Shown here: positions 16,911-20,000 of the stretch, piece after piece
How positions within the stretch are numbered: position 1 is the stretch's first letter
How the letters are laid out: every line of letters begins with the position of its first letter
Origin: an uncultured virus (IMG/VR IMGVR_UViG_3300009132_000003)
Lineage: Duplodnaviria > Heunggongvirae > Uroviricota > Caudoviricetes
Direction: 5' to 3' (one strand)
Virus record (IMG/VR): IMGVR_UViG_3300009132_000003
Length of the DNA: 20,000 nucleotides
Position numbers and translations under genes: made by a program
The notes under the pieces: model-generated
Database searches by the model: none
What the model was told of the DNA's origin: nothing
Seen by the model: only the letters and a program-made list of their open reading frames with translations

Positions 16911-16937
16911 AAAAAAGGGGGCGATAAAGCCCCCTTT
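16911..16937. terminator. Bidirectional rho-independent terminator between convergent membrane-protein genes
   Basis: AAAGGGGGC-GATAAA-GCCCCCTTT with an A-run on the left and T-rich sequence on the right. Confidence 0.85.
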
Positions 16938-16957
16938 AGTGTTTTATATGGTTTGGT

Positions 16958-17923
16958 TTATTGAGGATTAATTACATAATGAATTAAAAGAACAAGTGCA
17001 ACTGAGGCACCAAGACCTACCATCATCTTGCCAAAGTCCTTTGCAACTAATGGGAATACAGATTTTGTTTTCTTCTTACCAAAGTATGTTGCCATTGCAA
17101 GTTCTCTACCTGCAAGTAAACCAACAAACACCCAAGTTGTACTCATAGGAATATCATTCAGTTCTTTAAAAAACCATAAACACAACCAATAGAATAAATC
17201 AATTAATGTTGCAGATCGTACATATCGAGTGTTATGCTTCTCAAGAACAATTTGCTGGATCTTACCACCACGTTCTCTAAACATAAAGAACAATCCACCG
17301 ACAAATACAAATGATATGAGTACCATTAAATCTACCGGTACTTGGCGTGGTAAGAATACTGCGATGTTAGCAATATCATGTGACAACCAAGTGTACCATA
17401 AACCACCTGTAGCAACCCATTGTGCAATACGCCAATAGTTCTTATTACTTTCACTTACAGGTGCTGTTTCATCATACCACTTACCGAAGTATTTGTGGAT
17501 TGCAAACCAAACAAAGTAAGCAAATGCTGCTGCTACACCATAACCCATGATAGATTTCATAAGCATTTTTTCTAACACGAATGTTGAAGCAAATACTGAT
17601 AAGACTAAGAATGATGTTGAAACAGGTACACCAATTCGAGTCAATGCAACTAGAATTGCAGGTGCTGCTGCATGATACCATTGTACTTCTTGCCACGGGA
17701 TCTTATTCAAACGACCATATGATATATCACCGCCGTTCATCATCCATCCATACCAAAGAGTAGCGAGTAGAACTGCAGAAGCTGCAGCCCATAATGTTTT
17801 ATATGAAAATCGCTCATTGTTTGATGCCATCCAAGTACCGAGCGTTTGTACTGAATCGTTTGCTATAACTGCATATGCAGCAAGCAGGAAGCCGATAAGG
17901 CTCCACACTGTGAGTAGTTCCAT
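16958..17923 (-). CDS. PiT/PHO4-like inorganic phosphate (or other anion) transporter
   Basis: 321 aa polytopic membrane protein with internally duplicated PiT-like signatures: IANDSVQTLGT...PVSTSF and SHDIANIA...PMSTTW.FVG. AAGGAG RBS. Confidence 0.65.
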   Translation of the reverse strand: MELLTVWSLIGFLLAAYAVIANDSVQTLGTWMASNNERFSYKTLWAAASAVLLATLWYGWMMNGGDISYGRLNKIPWQEVQWYHAAAPAILVALTRIGVPVSTSFLVLSVFASTFVLEKMLMKSIMGYGVAAAFAYFVWFAIHKYFGKWYDETAPVSESNKNYWRIAQWVATGGLWYTWLSHDIANIAVFLPRQVPVDLMVLISFVFVGGLFFMFRERGGKIQQIVLEKHNTRYVRSATLIDLFYWLCLWFFKELNDIPMSTTWVFVGLLAGRELAMATYFGKKKTKSVFPLVAKDFGKMMVGLGASVALVLLIHYVINPQ

Positions 17924-17941
17924 TTAGTTCTCCTTTTGCTT

Positions 17942-17998
17942 GACGGCTTTACCCCGTCGCTCACATTAAAAAAGACAAAGTCTTTACCACTTTGCCTT
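17942..17998 (-). promoter_or_regulatory. Twin-hairpin 5' leader with identical GGTAAAG loops
   Basis: AAGGCAAAGT-GGTAAAG-ACTTTGTCTT(TTTT) and GACGG-GGTAAAG-CCGTC upstream of the transporter RBS. Confidence 0.6.
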
Positions 17999-18003
17999 AA
18001 AAT

Positions 18004-18011
18004 TATTTATT
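18004..18011 (-). promoter_or_regulatory. Possible late promoter variant (AATAAATA)
   Basis: One mismatch to TATAAATA, just upstream of the first leader hairpin. Confidence 0.4.
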
Positions 18012-18048
18012 AAGGATGTTAAAAGTTAGTGTAACAGCTATGTAAAAC

Positions 18049-18231
18049 TTAACTATTTTCAATCATTTCTTTTAGTTTTTCATAAGATTCTTTATTTCTG
18101 GCAGTAAAGGATACCGTTATTTTAGTATCCTTTAATTCTAAAATCTTACACGTTAAATGATTTTCGTGTAACATATGAGCAAAATCTTTAAGTTTCAAAT
18201 GACTTGATATGTCCTTTACAACTTCGTACAT
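18049..18231 (-). CDS. Small hypothetical protein (60 aa)
   Basis: GGAGG RBS before ATG and a late promoter at 18263-70. Confidence 0.7.
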   Translation of the reverse strand: MYEVVKDISSHLKLKDFAHMLHENHLTCKILELKDTKITVSFTARNKESYEKLKEMIENS

Positions 18232-18262
18232 TCAAGCCTCCTGTATAGTTCCCGATAAGCTT

Positions 18263-18270
18263 TATTTATA
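18263..18270 (-). promoter_or_regulatory. T4-type late promoter TATAAATA
   Basis: Exact TATTTATA on + strand, intergenic. Confidence 0.7.
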
Positions 18271-18274
18271 GTAA

Positions 18275-18296
18275 CTATGGCCTTAGGAGGCCATAG
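18275..18296 (-). terminator. Hairpin overlapping the DUF932 stop codon (possible terminator or 3' stabiliser)
   Basis: Perfect 9-bp stem CTATGGCCT/AGGCCATAG with a 4-nt loop. The U-tract is weak. Confidence 0.45.
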
Positions 18297-19239
18297 CATA
18301 TTGCACTGCTGATTCCGCAGCTTTTACTTTACGTGTTTGATTATAACCAAACCACTGATTATAAAGACGATTTTCTGAATTCCGTCCTTGCTGATGATCA
18401 GTATAATATGTTACTGAGTTAAATGCTTGCCACCAAGTACCAGCACCAAGTTCTGCACCAGGCTGTGTTTCAAGAGCATCAAAACACATTTTAGCTCCAC
18501 GAGAAAGATCCTCATATGAAGTGATAACTTTTTCTTTCCCTTCAGTTGTACTATGTGGAGCAATATCATTATAGAAGTTAAGAAGGTCTTCAACTTTAAA
18601 CCGCTTGGAGCCTAAGAACTGAGCCATTTCTTTATATTTCGCAAACTTTTCAGTAGCAAGCCCAAGCTTTTCTTTTACAAGATCAGCATCAAACTCAGTA
18701 CGGTGACCAATTTTTACAGCACGATCTGCTTGAGCATTTAAACTCATTGTAAGAGTATTATTACAAACAACACGAATTGGTGTAAAGCGAACATCAATTG
18801 CTTTACCATATTGGTGTGGATTTGAAAATAACATATACGAATCTACACGATCTTCGCCGAAAAGATCAAACGACTCTTTTACCTTTGCAAGAGCCCATAC
18901 AATCTGACCATTTTTTAATGATCCAGCAGTATGCATCTCCATATCACCTTCCATTACAAAATCAGTAAAGAAGTCAAAGGCTTCAGAGTTTTGAACTGGG
19001 TTCCAACCTGCGCCGACGTTAGTCAGGATTGTGTTATCGCTTGTGCGTACAAGTGCTTGTTGACCAGTTTTTACTTGTTTTTCACCGATGTTGACGAAAG
19101 CATCTACTTTTTCAACATTCCAATCAAGACCGGCTTTTTGTTGCATCTGTGCGGGTGTTAGATCATTACTTACTGGAACTCCAAGACCGTGCCAAGGTAG
19201 TGCTCCAGCATATGCCATTGTTTCTACTTCGTGTGCCAT
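18283..19239 (-). CDS. DUF932 family (phage/plasmid-like) protein
   Basis: 318 aa. MAHEVETMAY..PWHGLG, AGLDW.V, PVQN.EAF.F, TAGSL, TPIRVVCNNTL and GTWWQAFNSVT.Y.DH are characteristic motifs. Confidence 0.9.
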   Translation of the reverse strand: MAHEVETMAYAGALPWHGLGVPVSNDLTPAQMQQKAGLDWNVEKVDAFVNIGEKQVKTGQQALVRTSDNTILTNVGAGWNPVQNSEAFDFFTDFVMEGDMEMHTAGSLKNGQIVWALAKVKESFDLFGEDRVDSYMLFSNPHQYGKAIDVRFTPIRVVCNNTLTMSLNAQADRAVKIGHRTEFDADLVKEKLGLATEKFAKYKEMAQFLGSKRFKVEDLLNFYNDIAPHSTTEGKEKVITSYEDLSRGAKMCFDALETQPGAELGAGTWWQAFNSVTYYTDHQQGRNSENRLYNQWFGYNQTRKVKAAESAVQYAMAS

Positions 19240-19251
19240 TATTATATCTCC

Positions 19252-19392
19252 TTATGCCACTAATTCACGAAAGATTTTATTCAGAAGTTTTATCTGATCT
19301 TCATCAGAACGTTTGACGGAAGATGGTGAAAGACGTATACCATTTTCAGTTAAAATTTTAGTCATTTCTTCAATTTGCATTTTAAGAGTCAT
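19252..19392 (-). CDS. Small hypothetical early protein (46 aa)
   Basis: Manual translation: MTLKMQIEEMTKILTENGIRLSPSSVKRSDEDQIKLLNKIFRELVA*. GGAG RBS, directly downstream of P3. Its stop TAA runs into the GGAG RBS of DUF932. Confidence 0.75.
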   Translation of the reverse strand: MTLKMQIEEMTKILTENGIRLSPSSVKRSDEDQIKLLNKIFRELVA

Positions 19393-19431
19393 CTTAGTTA
19401 TCTCCGATTCTTTTTCACTTAATATGTAAAC

Positions 19432-19471
19432 ATTATATATTATTAATTATACCTTGTAAACCCCTAAAATG
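19432..19471 (-). promoter_or_regulatory. Early sigma70-type promoter P3 with conserved 18-bp element
   Basis: TTTACA (19455-60), 17 bp spacer, TATAAT (19432-37). Confidence 0.85.
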
Positions 19472-19492
19472 CATTCTTTCTAATTATTTTTT

Positions 19493-19500
19493 TATAAATA
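19493..19500 (+). promoter_or_regulatory. T4-type late promoter TATAAATA (divergent from P3)
   Basis: Exact match 33 bp upstream of ATG 19534. Confidence 0.8.
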
Positions 19501-19533
19501 GTACTAACTGTGATATAAATTGAGAGAAACCTT

Positions 19534-20000
19534 ATGCCAAGTAAGTCAAGACTTTTATCTTCAACCATTAACAAACCAACTTCACTAATTGGCGCATCTA
19601 TAGCGCAACCAGATGAGGTTAATTTAGCCAGTTTTGAAACAGCATCTGATACTTACGCAACTGCTTCTGATCTTCCGGGTACAGGAATAGCAGGCGAACA
19701 AGCATTTGTGACAGATACGAATAGATTATATATGTGGAACGGTACTGGTTGGTTTAATATAGCGATTGTTAATGAATCACCAACATGGGATTCGAATGGT
19801 CAACCAGACGCAGCATATGAATTAGATGCAGATAGCCCACAAGATGCGACAGTTATAACGCTTGCTGCAACTGATCCAGACGGATTAGCCATAAACTATA
19901 GCTATGTTACTAGTGGATCAATGGATTCAATGGCCACTATCTCACAGGATTCAAGCGTATTTACTATTACACCTAAGACTGAAGCTCAAGTTGGAGCTGG
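19534..20000 (+). CDS. Putative virion structural protein, paralogue of 3468..5300 (3' end outside window)
   Basis: Manual translation, open to the window end: MPSKSRLLSS...DLPGTGIAGEQAFVTDTNRLYMWNGTGWFNIAIVNESPTWD...LAATDPDG...GSMDSMATISQDSSVFTITPKTEAQV. Confidence 0.85.
   Translation, partial: MPSKSRLLSSTINKPTSLIGASIAQPDEVNLASFETASDTYATASDLPGTGIAGEQAFVTDTNRLYMWNGTGWFNIAIVNESPTWDSNGQPDAAYELDADSPQDATVITLAATDPDGLAINYSYVTSGSMDSMATISQDSSVFTITPKTEAQVGA

Noticed and set aside
1..20000. tRNA/rRNA genes, introns, inteins, transposases and stop-codon reassignment
   Set aside because: No cloverleaf or splicing motifs recognised by eye. Genes tile densely under the standard code and end mainly in TAA/TGA. 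tRNAscan/Infernal would be the definitive check.

Overview
An AT-rich, gene-dense 20 kb segment of a large T4-like (myovirus-type) phage, probably marine or aquatic. The host cannot be determined from this window. The left ~15 kb is a minus-strand late region with T4-type TATAAATA promoters. It holds two beta-propeller virion/adhesin-like proteins and a tightly coupled cluster of proteins whose N-termini resemble the T4 internal-protein capsid-targeting sequence (M-x-x-F-x-x-[F/Y/I]-x-x-E). That cluster includes a ligase-fold (KxDG) DUF6267-like protein, a HIGH-type nucleotidyltransferase, a restriction-endonuclease-like protein, basic peptides and two modular polyproteins, and it looks like a head-packaged, injected enzyme payload. 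A candidate nested +1-frame gene with its own GGAGG RBS and a local codon-usage shift lies inside the DUF6267-like gene. The right ~5 kb holds early genes (DUF932, YodL-like, small ORFs) behind three promoters sharing an identical 18-bp element, a PiT-like transporter with a twin-hairpin leader, a small membrane protein, and the start of a paralogue of one virion protein. Family names come from motif recognition and memory, not from database searches.
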